A DNA stretch of 64,000 nucleotides from Minisyncoccota bacterium (GTDB lineage: Bacteria; Patescibacteriota; Minisyncoccia; Phycocordibacterales; DSPV01). Below are positions 1 through 14,984 of this stretch, piece by piece. Positions within the stretch are counted from its first letter, which is position 1. Each line of letters opens with the position of its first letter. The notes under the pieces are model-generated. The model ran no database searches and was not told where the DNA came from. It saw nothing but the letters and a program-made list of their open reading frames with translations. Position numbers and translations under genes: made by a program. The DNA lies in NCBI GenBank assembly GCA_041662545.1, contig JBAZSH010000002.1:2239-66238 (forward strand). Reading direction: 5' to 3'.

Positions 1-423
1 CTTTTCCACGTCGGCATTTGGCTTATCAATTTTATTGATGGCGACAACAAACGGAATGGCGCTTTTTTTAATACAATCTAGTGCTTCTAAAGTTTGCGGT
101 TTGACGCCGTCTTCGGCCGAGATCACCAGAATTGCCACATCGGCAACACTGGCTCCACGACTGCGGATGCCGGCAAAAGCGGCGTGGCCTGGTGTGTCCA
201 AAAAAGTAATCCGGTGCTCTTTGCCCTCGTCGTCTTTGTGAGTGGCTTCGTAAGCGCCGATGTGTTGGGTAATACCGCCGGTTTCTTTTTCGGCGACACT
301 GGTTTTTCTGACATAGTCCAAAAGTGTTGATTTTCCGTGATCAATATGACCCATCACAACAACCACCGGCGGTCTGTCCGCCGGCACTTCTGCCGCCTTT
401 TGTTTTTCCGTTTTAGCTTTCAC
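1..423 (-). CDS. infB: translation initiation factor IF-2 (N-terminal/G-domain portion; gene continues beyond window start)
   Basis: reverse translation gives [20 protein letters not shown]...DTPGH...NKIDK GTPase motifs typical of IF-2; probable GTG start near 423. Confidence 0.8.
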   Translation of the reverse strand, partial: MKAKTEKQKAAEVPADRPPVVVVMGHIDHGKSTLLDYVRKTSVAEKETGGITQHIGAYEATHKDDEGKEHRITFLDTPGHAAFAGIRSRGASVADVAILVISAEDGVKPQTLEALDCIKKSAIPFVVAINKIDKPNADVEK

Positions 424-469
424 CTGCGCACTATACCACAAAAATTATCGGATAAGAAGTGGTGGGGTA

Positions 470-498
470 TTGACAGTAAAAAACCCTTGGCTATACTA
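470..498 (+). promoter_or_regulatory. sigma70-like promoter (TTGACA-17nt-TATACT) upstream of 23S rRNA
   Basis: TTGACA at 470-475, TATACT at 493-498, 17-nt spacer. Confidence 0.5.
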
Positions 499-584
499 TC
501 AGCACAATACTATATATGTTTACCTTAAACAAAATCATTTCAAAGCGGAAAAAATTGCTAACGCCTCTCTTGGCTGTTATCTAA

Positions 585-616
585 AAATCCCGCTTTGAAA
601 AGCGGGATTTTTGTTT
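585..616 (+). terminator. hairpin + T-run (aaatcccgctttgaaaagcgggattt TTTTGTTT) between promoter and 23S; possible small RNA 3' end or attenuator
   Basis: perfect 10-bp stem, GAAA loop, U-tract. Confidence 0.4.
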
Positions 617-750
617 CAAGGTTTTACCGGCCGACTGCTTTTTGTCAATTAAATTCCATCGTGGCGATTAAGACCTAAAGGGTCTTTTCGGTTGTCGCAG
701 ATGGGGCAGGTAAAAAGTAAGTATAAGAAAGCCCGCCAGTGGGCGGGTAG

Positions 751-4052
<3,302 letters not shown>

Positions 4053-4076
4053 ATTTTTTTACCTTTGAAAATTTTG

Positions 4077-4191
4077 TTTTGGTGACTCATCGCGGGGGCA
4101 ACACCTCTTCCCATTCCGAACAGAGCCGTTAAGCCCCGTTGAGGCGATGATATCTCGATTAATTTTGGGAGAAAGTAGCTAGTCGCCAAAA
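4077..4191 (+). rRNA. rrf: 5S ribosomal RNA
   Basis: CCCATTCCGAACAGAGCCGTTAAGCCC loop C/helix III motif; terminal helix ttttggtgac / gtcgccaaaa. Confidence 0.85.
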
Positions 4192-4217
4192 CAAAGTTTT
4201 TAATTTATACTATTATT

Positions 4218-4970
4218 ATGAGTATTTGGTCGGCTAAAAGAAAATTTTTTTACTTCGCCGGCGCAACTTTGTTTGTGTTGCTTTTTGTCGGTTTGCCGAT
4301 TTTTCTTTTGGTTTATCGTGTGCCAACTTGTTCAGATGGTAAACAAAATCAAGGTGAGACTGGAATTGATTGCGGTGGTTCTTGTCGGGCGGTGTGTGCT
4401 TCGGTTGCCATTGAACCAATTGTTTGGTGGCAAAGATTTTTCCAAATTTCTCCTGGTGTTTATAACACAGTCGCGCGTGTGGAAAATCCCAATACCGATT
4501 CGGCGGTAGCGCGAGCGAAATATATTTTTCGGTTGTATGATAAAGCCAACGCTGTAATTGCTTGGAGAGAGGGTGAGACCAATATTCCTCCCCACCAGAT
4601 TTTTTATATTTTTGAGGGTAGTTTATCAACTGGAGAACGCCTGCCTGTTAAAGCCACTTTTGAATTTGTCGCCCCACTTAATTGGGTTGTAGAAAAAACA
4701 TTAACACCACTTTCAGTTACCGGACAAATTTTATCCAAAACTTCGACCGTGCCCCGATTGGATGCGATTTTAAGGAACAATAGTGATAATGATGTTCACG
4801 ATGTGGAGTTGGTGGCAGTGATTTTTGACGCTGATGGCAACGCCATTAATGCTTCTAAGACTGTTATTGATGCGGTTCTTAGCGAATCAGCCGTGCCGTT
4901 CTTTTTCACTTGGCGTCAGCCGTTTGATAAGGAACCGACGCGGGTGGAAATAATTCCAAGGCTAAAGTGA
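4218..4970 (+). CDS. hypothetical membrane-anchored protein (N-terminal TM, Cys-rich segment)
   Basis: 250-aa ORF, hydrophobic N-terminus, stop overlaps start of next gene (ATGA). Confidence 0.5.
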   Translation: MSIWSAKRKFFYFAGATLFVLLFVGLPIFLLVYRVPTCSDGKQNQGETGIDCGGSCRAVCASVAIEPIVWWQRFFQISPGVYNTVARVENPNTDSAVARAKYIFRLYDKANAVIAWREGETNIPPHQIFYIFEGSLSTGERLPVKATFEFVAPLNWVVEKTLTPLSVTGQILSKTSTVPRLDAILRNNSDNDVHDVELVAVIFDADGNAINASKTVIDAVLSESAVPFFFTWRQPFDKEPTRVEIIPRLK

Positions 4971-6094
4971 AGCGGATTTTTTTGGCATTCAAAAATATTG
5001 ATTGGTTACTACTGGCAGCGGTTTTACCTTTGCTTTTTGCCGGTCTATCGGTAATGAATTCTTTTACTGGTGAGAGTCAGTATTATGACCGGCAGTTAGT
5101 TTGGATTGCCTTTGCGCTAGCCATCTTTTTTATCTTCAGTTTTATTGATTTTCGATTTCTCCGTTCTAGTGGTGTTTTGGTCGCTTTATTTTTAGCGGCT
5201 ATCGGCACTCTGTTGCTTTTGTTTTTTATTGCCAATGTTGTTCACGGTACCAAGAGTTGGTTTTCCATTGGAACTTTTTCATTTCAGCCTTCCGATCCAG
5301 CCAAATTGATTTTAATTTTAGTTTTAGCTAAATATTTTTCCCGTCGGCACATTGAAATCGCTGACCTCAAACATATTATTGTTTCTGGACTTTATGCTCT
5401 GCTAATTTTTCTTTTGGTTTTGTTTCAGCCGGATTTTGGCTCGGCGATTATAATTTTTATGATTTGGCTTGGTATGGTATTGGTCTCTGGCATTTCCAAA
5501 AAACATCTGCTCTTAGTTTTTTTGACAACCCTTTCTGTTTTTTTAGTAATGTGGAGTTTTGTTTTAGCTGATTATCAAAAACAACGGGTATTAACTTTTC
5601 TTAACCCACTAACTGATATCCAAGGTGCTGGTTACAACGCTTACCAATCAACTATCGCTGTTGGCTCCGGTGAACTTTTGGGCAAGGGGGTTGGTTATGG
5701 CACACAATCGCGTTTGAAATTTCTTCCCGAATACGAAACCGATTTTATTTTTGCCGCTTTTGCCGAAGAATGGGGTTTTGTCGGGGTGGTGATTTTGTTT
5801 GGATTGTTTGGGGTTGTCATCTGGCGAATTTTAGCCACCGCTTTTTATGGTGCAACCAATTTTGAAATCTTGTTTGGTCTCGGTTTGGTGATTTTTTTGA
5901 CTAGTCATTTTGCTGTGCATATTGGTATGAATATTGGTTTGTTGCCAGTAACTGGTGTAACTTTACCATTCTTGAGTTATGGTGGCTCGCACCTTCTGAC
6001 CGAATTTGCTGGTCTTGGAATTTTGATGGGCATGCGCCGTTATCGCCGTGTTGCCCACAAAGAGGTAATGAAGAATGAATTTTTGGGGGTGTAA
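4967..6094 (+). CDS. FtsW/RodA/SpoVE family peptidoglycan glycosyltransferase
   Basis: 10-TM profile, conserved SEDS family blocks (GTKSWF, DFIFAAFAEEWGF, LPFLSYGGSHLL). Confidence 0.85.
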   Translation: MKRIFLAFKNIDWLLLAAVLPLLFAGLSVMNSFTGESQYYDRQLVWIAFALAIFFIFSFIDFRFLRSSGVLVALFLAAIGTLLLLFFIANVVHGTKSWFSIGTFSFQPSDPAKLILILVLAKYFSRRHIEIADLKHIIVSGLYALLIFLLVLFQPDFGSAIIIFMIWLGMVLVSGISKKHLLLVFLTTLSVFLVMWSFVLADYQKQRVLTFLNPLTDIQGAGYNAYQSTIAVGSGELLGKGVGYGTQSRLKFLPEYETDFIFAAFAEEWGFVGVVILFGLFGVVIWRILATAFYGATNFEILFGLGLVIFLTSHFAVHIGMNIGLLPVTGVTLPFLSYGGSHLLTEFAGLGILMGMRRYRRVAHKEVMKNEFLGV

Positions 6095-6127
6095 GACAAA
6101 TTATGGTTTTTTTGATAGTATTTAACT

Positions 6128-6409
6128 ATGTTAAAGCTTGAGGAAATAGAAAAGCTGGCGAAGTTGGCGCGATTGGAAATTCCGGCGGAGGAGAAGGAAA
6201 TTCTACGAAAAGAAGTGGGGGAAATTCTGGAGTATGTGGGGCAGATTCAACAACTTTCGCCCAAAGAACCGCCGAAGGAAGCGGGTGTTGTTCGCAATGT
6301 TTTTCGTGAAGATAAAGAACCGCATCAAACCAGTGAATTTACCGACGCACTTTTAGCTAATGTGCCGGAGAAAGAAAACGGTTACATCAAAGTCAAAAAG
6401 ATTTTATGA
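6128..6409 (+). CDS. gatC: Asp/Glu-tRNA amidotransferase subunit C
   Basis: 93 aa, EEIEKLAKLARLEI...GEILEYVGQIQQL typical GatC. Confidence 0.8.
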   Translation: MLKLEEIEKLAKLARLEIPAEEKEILRKEVGEILEYVGQIQQLSPKEPPKEAGVVRNVFREDKEPHQTSEFTDALLANVPEKENGYIKVKKIL

Positions 6410-7806
6410 AAATTGATTTAGAAAAATTGACGATTAAAAAAGCCCATGACGCTCTTTTGAAAAAAGAATTTTCGGCGCGGGATTTGACGGAGGCGTATTT
6501 GGCGGAAATTGATAAAAAAAATTCAGGACTGAACGCCTATTTGGAAGTTTTTGCCGATGCTTTAGAGCAAGCCGGCGCGGCGGATGAGAAGATAAAAAAA
6601 GGCGAGGTGGGTGTGCTAACCGGCATTCCGCTTGCCATCAAAGACAACATTTTGATAAAAGGTCGCCGCGCCGGCGCTGCTTCCAAAATTTTGGAGGGTT
6701 ATGTGGCGCCCTATGACGCAACGGTGATTAAGAAGCTCAAGGAAGCCGGCGCGGTTTTTTTGGGCCGCGTGAATATGGATGAATTTGCTATGGGTGGTTC
6801 CACTGAAAATTCCGCTTATGGTGTGACAAAAAATCCCCACGATGAGACACGCGTTTCGGGCGGCTCCTCCGGCGGTTCCGCCGCCTCCGTCGCCGCCAAT
6901 TTAGCGTTGGCAGCACTCGGTTCTGATACTGGTGGTTCTGTTCGTCAACCTGCCGCCTTTTGTGGCGTTGTCGGTTTGAAACCAACTTATGGTGCCGTTT
7001 CTCGTTCCGGTTTGATGGCAATGGGTTCGTCTTTAGATCAAATTGGACCTTTGGCAAAAACGGTGGAAGATGCGGAAATAATTTTTAATATCATCCGTGG
7101 ACAAGATCCAATGGACAGCACCACAATTTCTGAAAAAACTTATTCGCGCTTACCTTTACTGAAAAAATTTGTCATTGGCGTGCCTCGCGATTTTTTAGGT
7201 GAAGGTGTTGATAAAGAAGTTTTGGAAAATTTTGAAGTCGGATTGAAAAAACTAGAAAAAGCTGGCGTTGAAATTCGCGATATTGAATTACCAAATTTAA
7301 AATATTCTCTTCCCGCTTATTATATTATTATGCCAGCCGAAGTTTCTTCTAATCTGGCGCGTTTTGATGGCGTTAAGTTCGGGGCGAAAATTGCCGGCGC
7401 CAATCTTCTGGAAGATTATCTTAAAACCCGCGGCCAATTGTTTGGCAAAGAGGCGCGCCGCCGAATTATTCTCGGTACCTATGTCTTGTCTGCTGGTTAC
7501 TACGATGCTTATTACAACAAAGCTATTGCGGTACGAAAAATGATTGCCGACGACCTAAAAAAAGTTTTTGATTCTGGTATTCACGCTATTGCTACGCCCA
7601 TTACACCGACGCTCGCTTTCAAAATCGGCGAAAAAATAAACGACCCGCTTCAGATGTATCTTGCAGATATTTTTACCGTGACTGCCAATATTACTGGCAT
7701 ACCCGCCATTTCTATTCCATCTGGTTCCACCGGCTTCCAACTTCAAGCTCCTTGGGGTCGCGAAGATATCCTCTTTGAAATTGGTGAGAAGTTTGAGAAG
7801 ATATAA
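6406..7806 (+). CDS. gatA: Asp/Glu-tRNA amidotransferase subunit A (amidase signature)
   Basis: amidase signature GGSSGGSAASVA, catalytic Ser-cisSer-Lys context; overlaps gatC stop. Confidence 0.9.
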   Translation: MKIDLEKLTIKKAHDALLKKEFSARDLTEAYLAEIDKKNSGLNAYLEVFADALEQAGAADEKIKKGEVGVLTGIPLAIKDNILIKGRRAGAASKILEGYVAPYDATVIKKLKEAGAVFLGRVNMDEFAMGGSTENSAYGVTKNPHDETRVSGGSSGGSAASVAANLALAALGSDTGGSVRQPAAFCGVVGLKPTYGAVSRSGLMAMGSSLDQIGPLAKTVEDAEIIFNIIRGQDPMDSTTISEKTYSRLPLLKKFVIGVPRDFLGEGVDKEVLENFEVGLKKLEKAGVEIRDIELPNLKYSLPAYYIIMPAEVSSNLARFDGVKFGAKIAGANLLEDYLKTRGQLFGKEARRRIILGTYVLSAGYYDAYYNKAIAVRKMIADDLKKVFDSGIHAIATPITPTLAFKIGEKINDPLQMYLADIFTVTANITGIPAISIPSGSTGFQLQAPWGREDILFEIGEKFEKI

Positions 7807-7808
7807 TC

Positions 7809-9320
7809 ATGGCCGAAGATAAAAAAGAAAAAAAAGATAAAAGTTCAACCACCGGTTTTGGGGAGGTTTTTTTAATCCTCATAGTACTTTTCTTTTTGTG
7901 GCGCGCTCTCGCTGGTGCTTTCGCTGGTGGGATAGGTGGTGTCGGCGATTTTTTCAATCGTCTTAATATTTCATTAAATCCTTTTTCCAATACTGCGCCA
8001 TTGGGATCGATTTATTTAGAAAAGGATGAAACGCTAATTGGCAAGACGGTTTTCAACAAGGAAAACGGCAAAGTCGGCAAAATTGTCAGTGGTCCAGAAC
8101 TTAGGAATGGTAATCGTTATTGGTCGGTAAGTTATGATGACGGCACCAATGGTTGGGTGGCGGAAGACGCGTTGAGCGAGCCGGTCGCTATAAAGTTTAT
8201 TCCGGGCGAAACTCCGGTTGGTGAACGCGCCGTTGCTGATGGTCCAATGCCAGTTTACGATAAGCCGGGCGGTTTAGTGATTGGCAATCAATTGGACGGT
8301 TCGCCCGGCACCATTACCAAGGGTCCGGAAAATTTCGGTGGCAAAGATTATTTTTTCATGGATTTTGATAATGGTCCGGATGGTTGGGTCGTCGCTGATA
8401 AATTGACTGATGAAAACGGTGTGCCGATTAAATACGGCAAAACTGCTCTCGGCGGTTCTGTTATGACGAAAGACGGGAAAATTGGGAAAATTACTCAAGG
8501 TCCGGAATTTAGAAATGGCGAACGCCACTGGTTTGTCCAATTTCTAGACGGCAGTAGTGGTTGGGTAAAAGAGAGTGATTTATTTGGCGTTGGGCTAAAA
8601 AATTTTGATGCTGGTAATCAGATAATTGGTATGAAAGTGGCGGTGGCGCAGAGCACGGCGGTCTATGACGAACCAGGTGGAAATATTATCGGTTACCAAA
8701 AAAGAGGCACGAGCGGCACGATTTTTAAAGGTCCGCTTCTTGGTGCTGATGGCAAGCGCTATTGGTTTGTGGATTTTGAAAATGTCGAGGATGGTTGGGT
8801 GGCGGAAGATAATTTGTTTGTCATCGTGGAACATCCCTTAGCGAACAAATTCTCGTCTTTGGCGAGTTCCGCGTTGACAATTTTCAATCTTTTTATGTTG
8901 ACTGGTATTGTTTATACTTTAATCAGAATAATTCAAATTTCTTCAGCTCATAGTCATAAGATAAAAGTTGAGGAGACCAAAATGCGAGTTGGTCGAGAAG
9001 TTTCGCATCCGCGTTGGGAAAAAGTCCGAGATCATTTGTCATCGGAAAATCCGAGCGATTGGCGATTGGCGGTAATGGAAGCCGATATCATTCTAGGTGA
9101 GATGCTGGAAAAAATGGGTTACATAAAAGGGGAAACGATTGGTGATAAATTAAAAACCATTGAAAAAAGTGATTTTACTTCTCTGGATCAGGCCTGGGAA
9201 GCCCACCGAATTCGCAATATGATTGCCCACGAAGGCGCTGATTATATTTTAACTGACCGCGAAGCCAAGCGCGTGATAGGTCTTTATGAGCAGGTGTTTA
9301 AAGAGTTTAGATATATTTAA
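7809..9320 (+). CDS. membrane protein with 4 SH3b-like repeats (predicted extracytoplasmic) and C-terminal HEPN-like (RNxxxH, DUF4145-like) domain
   Basis: N-terminal KK-rich + TM; four ~45-60 aa repeats each ending ...G(N/S)xGWV(A/K)E(D)xL; second TM (LTIFNLFMLTGIVYTLIRII); C-terminal helical domain with HRIRNMIAHEG (R-x4-H / R-N-x3-H HEPN motif). Confidence 0.5.
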   Translation: MAEDKKEKKDKSSTTGFGEVFLILIVLFFLWRALAGAFAGGIGGVGDFFNRLNISLNPFSNTAPLGSIYLEKDETLIGKTVFNKENGKVGKIVSGPELRNGNRYWSVSYDDGTNGWVAEDALSEPVAIKFIPGETPVGERAVADGPMPVYDKPGGLVIGNQLDGSPGTITKGPENFGGKDYFFMDFDNGPDGWVVADKLTDENGVPIKYGKTALGGSVMTKDGKIGKITQGPEFRNGERHWFVQFLDGSSGWVKESDLFGVGLKNFDAGNQIIGMKVAVAQSTAVYDEPGGNIIGYQKRGTSGTIFKGPLLGADGKRYWFVDFENVEDGWVAEDNLFVIVEHPLANKFSSLASSALTIFNLFMLTGIVYTLIRIIQISSAHSHKIKVEETKMRVGREVSHPRWEKVRDHLSSENPSDWRLAVMEADIILGEMLEKMGYIKGETIGDKLKTIEKSDFTSLDQAWEAHRIRNMIAHEGADYILTDREAKRVIGLYEQVFKEFRYI

Positions 9321-9956
9321 ATGCGAAAAAGTGAAATCATAATTTTGGTGGTAACGGTCGTGGCGTTTGTGGTTGCTTATTTAATTTATCCCGTCTTGCC
9401 GGAGAAGATGGCATCGCATTGGAATGCGGCCGGCGAAGTCAATGGTTATATGAGCCGATTTTGGACGGTGGCGATGTTACCTTTTATGATGGCGATTTTT
9501 TCGCTGATGTTTATTTTAATTCCACGCATTGACCCGCTCAAAAAAAATATTGCCCAGTTCCGGAAATATTTTGACTGGTTTATTTTTGCCATTACCGCCT
9601 TTTTGGTTTATGTTTACGCTCTGACAATTTTGTGGAACTTTGGCTGGCGATTTAATTTTGCCGTGGTGATGACGCCGGCTCTGGCCGCGTTGTTTTATTT
9701 TTCCGGAGTTCTGATGAGCAAAGCCAAGCGCAATTATTTTATCGGTATTCGGACGCCCTGGACTTTATCAAATGATGTTGTTTGGGATAAAACTCATCGA
9801 TTAGCCGCGAAGCTTTTTAAATGGGCTGCCGGTTTTTCCTTAATTGGAATTTTCTTTGGAAAACTCGCCATTTATTTTGTTCTTATTCCGGTTGTTGCCG
9901 CTGCTCTGATTTCTGTTGTCTATTCCTATGTCGCCTATAGGCAAGAAGTAAAATAG
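9321..9956 (+). CDS. DUF1648/SdpI-like integral membrane protein
   Basis: N-terminal TM then HWNAAGEVNGY motif, 4-5 TM segments. Confidence 0.5.
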   Translation: MRKSEIIILVVTVVAFVVAYLIYPVLPEKMASHWNAAGEVNGYMSRFWTVAMLPFMMAIFSLMFILIPRIDPLKKNIAQFRKYFDWFIFAITAFLVYVYALTILWNFGWRFNFAVVMTPALAALFYFSGVLMSKAKRNYFIGIRTPWTLSNDVVWDKTHRLAAKLFKWAAGFSLIGIFFGKLAIYFVLIPVVAAALISVVYSYVAYRQEVK

Positions 9957-9979
9957 TCGTCGTGATATAATAAATCTCA

Positions 9980-10738
9980 ATGGATTATCTTTGGGGTTTA
10001 TTTATTTTGGCGATTGGGGCAATAGTAGGTAGTTTTTTGAATGTGGTTGCCTTACGATATGGCACAGGTAAATCGCCATTAACCGGTCGGTCGTTTTGTT
10101 CGGCTTGTAATAGAAAACTTTCTGCCGTTGATCTGGTGCCAGTTTTTAGTTTTATTTTTCTTGGTGGCAAGTGCCGAACTTGCAAGGCAAAAATTTCTTG
10201 GCAATATCCGCTAGTGGAAATCCTGACCGCTATTATTTTTCTTTTTCTGTTTAAGTCGCCATTGGCGCTGGTTGCTTGGTGTATTTTGATTGTTATTATG
10301 ATTTACGATTGGCGGCACAAAATTATTCCCGACGGTTTGGCTTTGGCTTTTGGTATTTTGACTTTAGTAATGGCGATTTTGGCCAATTTTGACGGTAACT
10401 TGTTTTTGGCGTTACTTTGGGGTCCACTTTTTGCCACGCCATTTTTCTTACTCTGGTATTTTTCCGGCGGCAAATGGATGGGTTTAGGCGACGCTAAACT
10501 CGGTTTGGGATTGGGCTGGCTTTTGGGCGTTAAAAGCTTTGACGCTTTTATTTGGGCCTTTTGGATTGGCGCGGCGGTTTCTTTGCTAATTGTTTTTTGG
10601 CAAAGCTGGCAAAAGAATCAGAAAAAGCTTACAATGAAGAGCGAAGTGCCGTTTGCCCCTTTTCTATTTGTGGCAACTTTTCTGGTTTATTTTTTCAATA
10701 TCAGCGCACTCGGTTTAATTAATAATTTATTTTATTAA
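9980..10738 (+). CDS. pilD: prepilin peptidase (A24 family, PilD-like)
   Basis: zinc-binding CSACNRK...CRTCK tetracysteine motif, multiple TM, catalytic Asp context. Confidence 0.8.
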   Translation: MDYLWGLFILAIGAIVGSFLNVVALRYGTGKSPLTGRSFCSACNRKLSAVDLVPVFSFIFLGGKCRTCKAKISWQYPLVEILTAIIFLFLFKSPLALVAWCILIVIMIYDWRHKIIPDGLALAFGILTLVMAILANFDGNLFLALLWGPLFATPFFLLWYFSGGKWMGLGDAKLGLGLGWLLGVKSFDAFIWAFWIGAAVSLLIVFWQSWQKNQKKLTMKSEVPFAPFLFVATFLVYFFNISALGLINNLFY

Positions 10739-11337
10739 TGTCACAGATTACACCTCACAGGTTGTCAAATAGTCGGGGTTTTACTCTCATTGAGACAATG
10801 GTTGCCTTGGGAATTTTTGTAATAGTTACCACCATTGTTTTCGTGGGTAATGGCCGTTTCAATAATACTCTTCTTTTGACCAACTTGGCTTACGATTTAG
10901 CATTAACCGTATCGCGAGCGCAATCCTATGGTATCAATGTCAGGCCATTTGACGATGCCACCAAGCCATTTGAGGTTGGCTATGGTGTTCATTTTAAGCT
11001 TGGTACTACAGTTGACCCCAAAGAATCAGATAAAGTTTCTTTTGTTTTATTTGCTGATATAAATAACAGTAAAAATTATACCACCGATGAATTTTTGGAG
11101 CGTTATCTTATTCGTCACGGTAATAAAATCAGTAAACTCTGGTTCACTTCTGATGGTAATTCGATTAATGAACTTAATATTACTTTCCTTAGGCCCAATC
11201 CCGATGCTATATTTAACTGTGTTGGTTGTTCTGGCGCTAGTAAAGTTGGCATAGAGGTTTCTTCAGCGGATGGTGTTACCACAAAAGTTATTACTATTGA
11301 ATCAACGGGACAAATTTCCGTTCAGTCAAAAATATGA
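10738..11337 (+). CDS. type IV pilin-like (class III signal peptide) protein
   Basis: leader ending ...SRG|FTLIETMVALGIFVIV prepilin N-methylation motif. Confidence 0.75.
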   Translation: MSQITPHRLSNSRGFTLIETMVALGIFVIVTTIVFVGNGRFNNTLLLTNLAYDLALTVSRAQSYGINVRPFDDATKPFEVGYGVHFKLGTTVDPKESDKVSFVLFADINNSKNYTTDEFLERYLIRHGNKISKLWFTSDGNSINELNITFLRPNPDAIFNCVGCSGASKVGIEVSSADGVTTKVITIESTGQISVQSKI

Positions 11338-11858
11338 ATTGGAACTTGGAACTTGGAACTTGGAAATTCCGCGCCAGCGGCGGGTTCAGTTTAGTGGAGA
11401 TTCTTGTTTCCCTCGCCATTTTTTCTGTGGTGATGGTAACGGCCGCAGGTGCTTTATTAACAACTATTGATGCCAACCACAAAGCTCAAGCTGTTCAATT
11501 AGCAGTGAATAATTTAAGTTTTGCTTTGGAAAGTATGTCGCGACCGATTCGGGAAGGCAATAGTTATCCTGCGGATGGAGTCAGTAGTTCCTTCACTTTC
11601 AAAAAAAATGATAGTAGTGAAGTTTCTTATTATTTAGACAATGGCCGAATTATGCGAAAAGAGGGGGGCAATTTAGCTCAAGCCATTACCTCATTAGGAG
11701 TTACGGTAACTAAATTAGCGTTTTATGTAAGTGGATCAAGTGATCCAAAAAAACAACCACTGGTAACGATTGTTATTCAAGGCACAGCTGGTGAGACGGC
11801 AAAAATCCAGACCACATTTAATTTGCAAACGACTTTATCACAAAGAATACCAAGATGA
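11334..11858 (+). CDS. type IV pilin-like protein
   Basis: ...ASGG|FSLVEILVSLAIF prepilin motif. Confidence 0.75.
   Translation: MNWNLELGTWKFRASGGFSLVEILVSLAIFSVVMVTAAGALLTTIDANHKAQAVQLAVNNLSFALESMSRPIREGNSYPADGVSSSFTFKKNDSSEVSYYLDNGRIMRKEGGNLAQAITSLGVTVTKLAFYVSGSSDPKKQPLVTIVIQGTAGETAKIQTTFNLQTTLSQRIPR
11339..11366 (+). repeat. tandem octamer repeat (tggaactt x3) inside pilin leader coding region
   Basis: aattggaacttggaacttggaacttggaaatt read directly. Confidence 0.9.
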
Positions 11859-12400
11859 TAAAAAACACAAAAAAAGGATTTACGCTTATAGAAACTCTGG
11901 TGGCAATTGCGATTTTGCTTTTGGCAGTAACAGCACCTTTGTCATTGGCGAATAAGAGTTTGAATTCTGCTTCTTTGTCAAAACAACAGATCATCGCTAG
12001 CTTTTTGGCGCAGGAAGCGATGGAATATATTCGCAATGTCCGTGATGAAAATGTTCTCAAACACAATGGCAGTTGGTTGCACCCAGATAGTGGTATTCAG
12101 TTTTGTTTCAACGGCAAATGCACCGTGGAACCGACGGGCACTTCTGGCACTGATAAAATAAAAAAGTGTCAGGAAACAGGTGGTAGTTGTCTACCATTGC
12201 GATTTGATCCATCAAATGGTGTTTATAGTTATTCTGACGGTGGCGACACCGAAGAATCCATTTACACCCGTTTTGCGCAAATGGACGAAATAGAAAATGA
12301 CGAAGAGGTGGCGGTCTTGGTGACGGTCTCGTGGCAGGGAACAAATGGCGCGAATTATGAAGTCGTCGCCCGTGAGAATTTAACCAATTGGCAATTTTAA
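11855..12400 (+). CDS. type IV pilin-like protein
   Basis: KKG|FTLIETLVAIAILLLAV prepilin motif. Confidence 0.75.
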   Translation: MIKNTKKGFTLIETLVAIAILLLAVTAPLSLANKSLNSASLSKQQIIASFLAQEAMEYIRNVRDENVLKHNGSWLHPDSGIQFCFNGKCTVEPTGTSGTDKIKKCQETGGSCLPLRFDPSNGVYSYSDGGDTEESIYTRFAQMDEIENDEEVAVLVTVSWQGTNGANYEVVARENLTNWQF

Positions 12401-12401
12401 A

Positions 12402-14955
<2,554 letters not shown>

Positions 14956-14984
14956 ATTAAAAATGTTTGTGATATAATATTTTT

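Noticed and set aside
4234-4629. Minus-strand ORFs antisense to the 4218-4970 gene
   Set aside because: Shadow ORFs opposite a longer ORF that is translationally coupled to ftsW/rodA.
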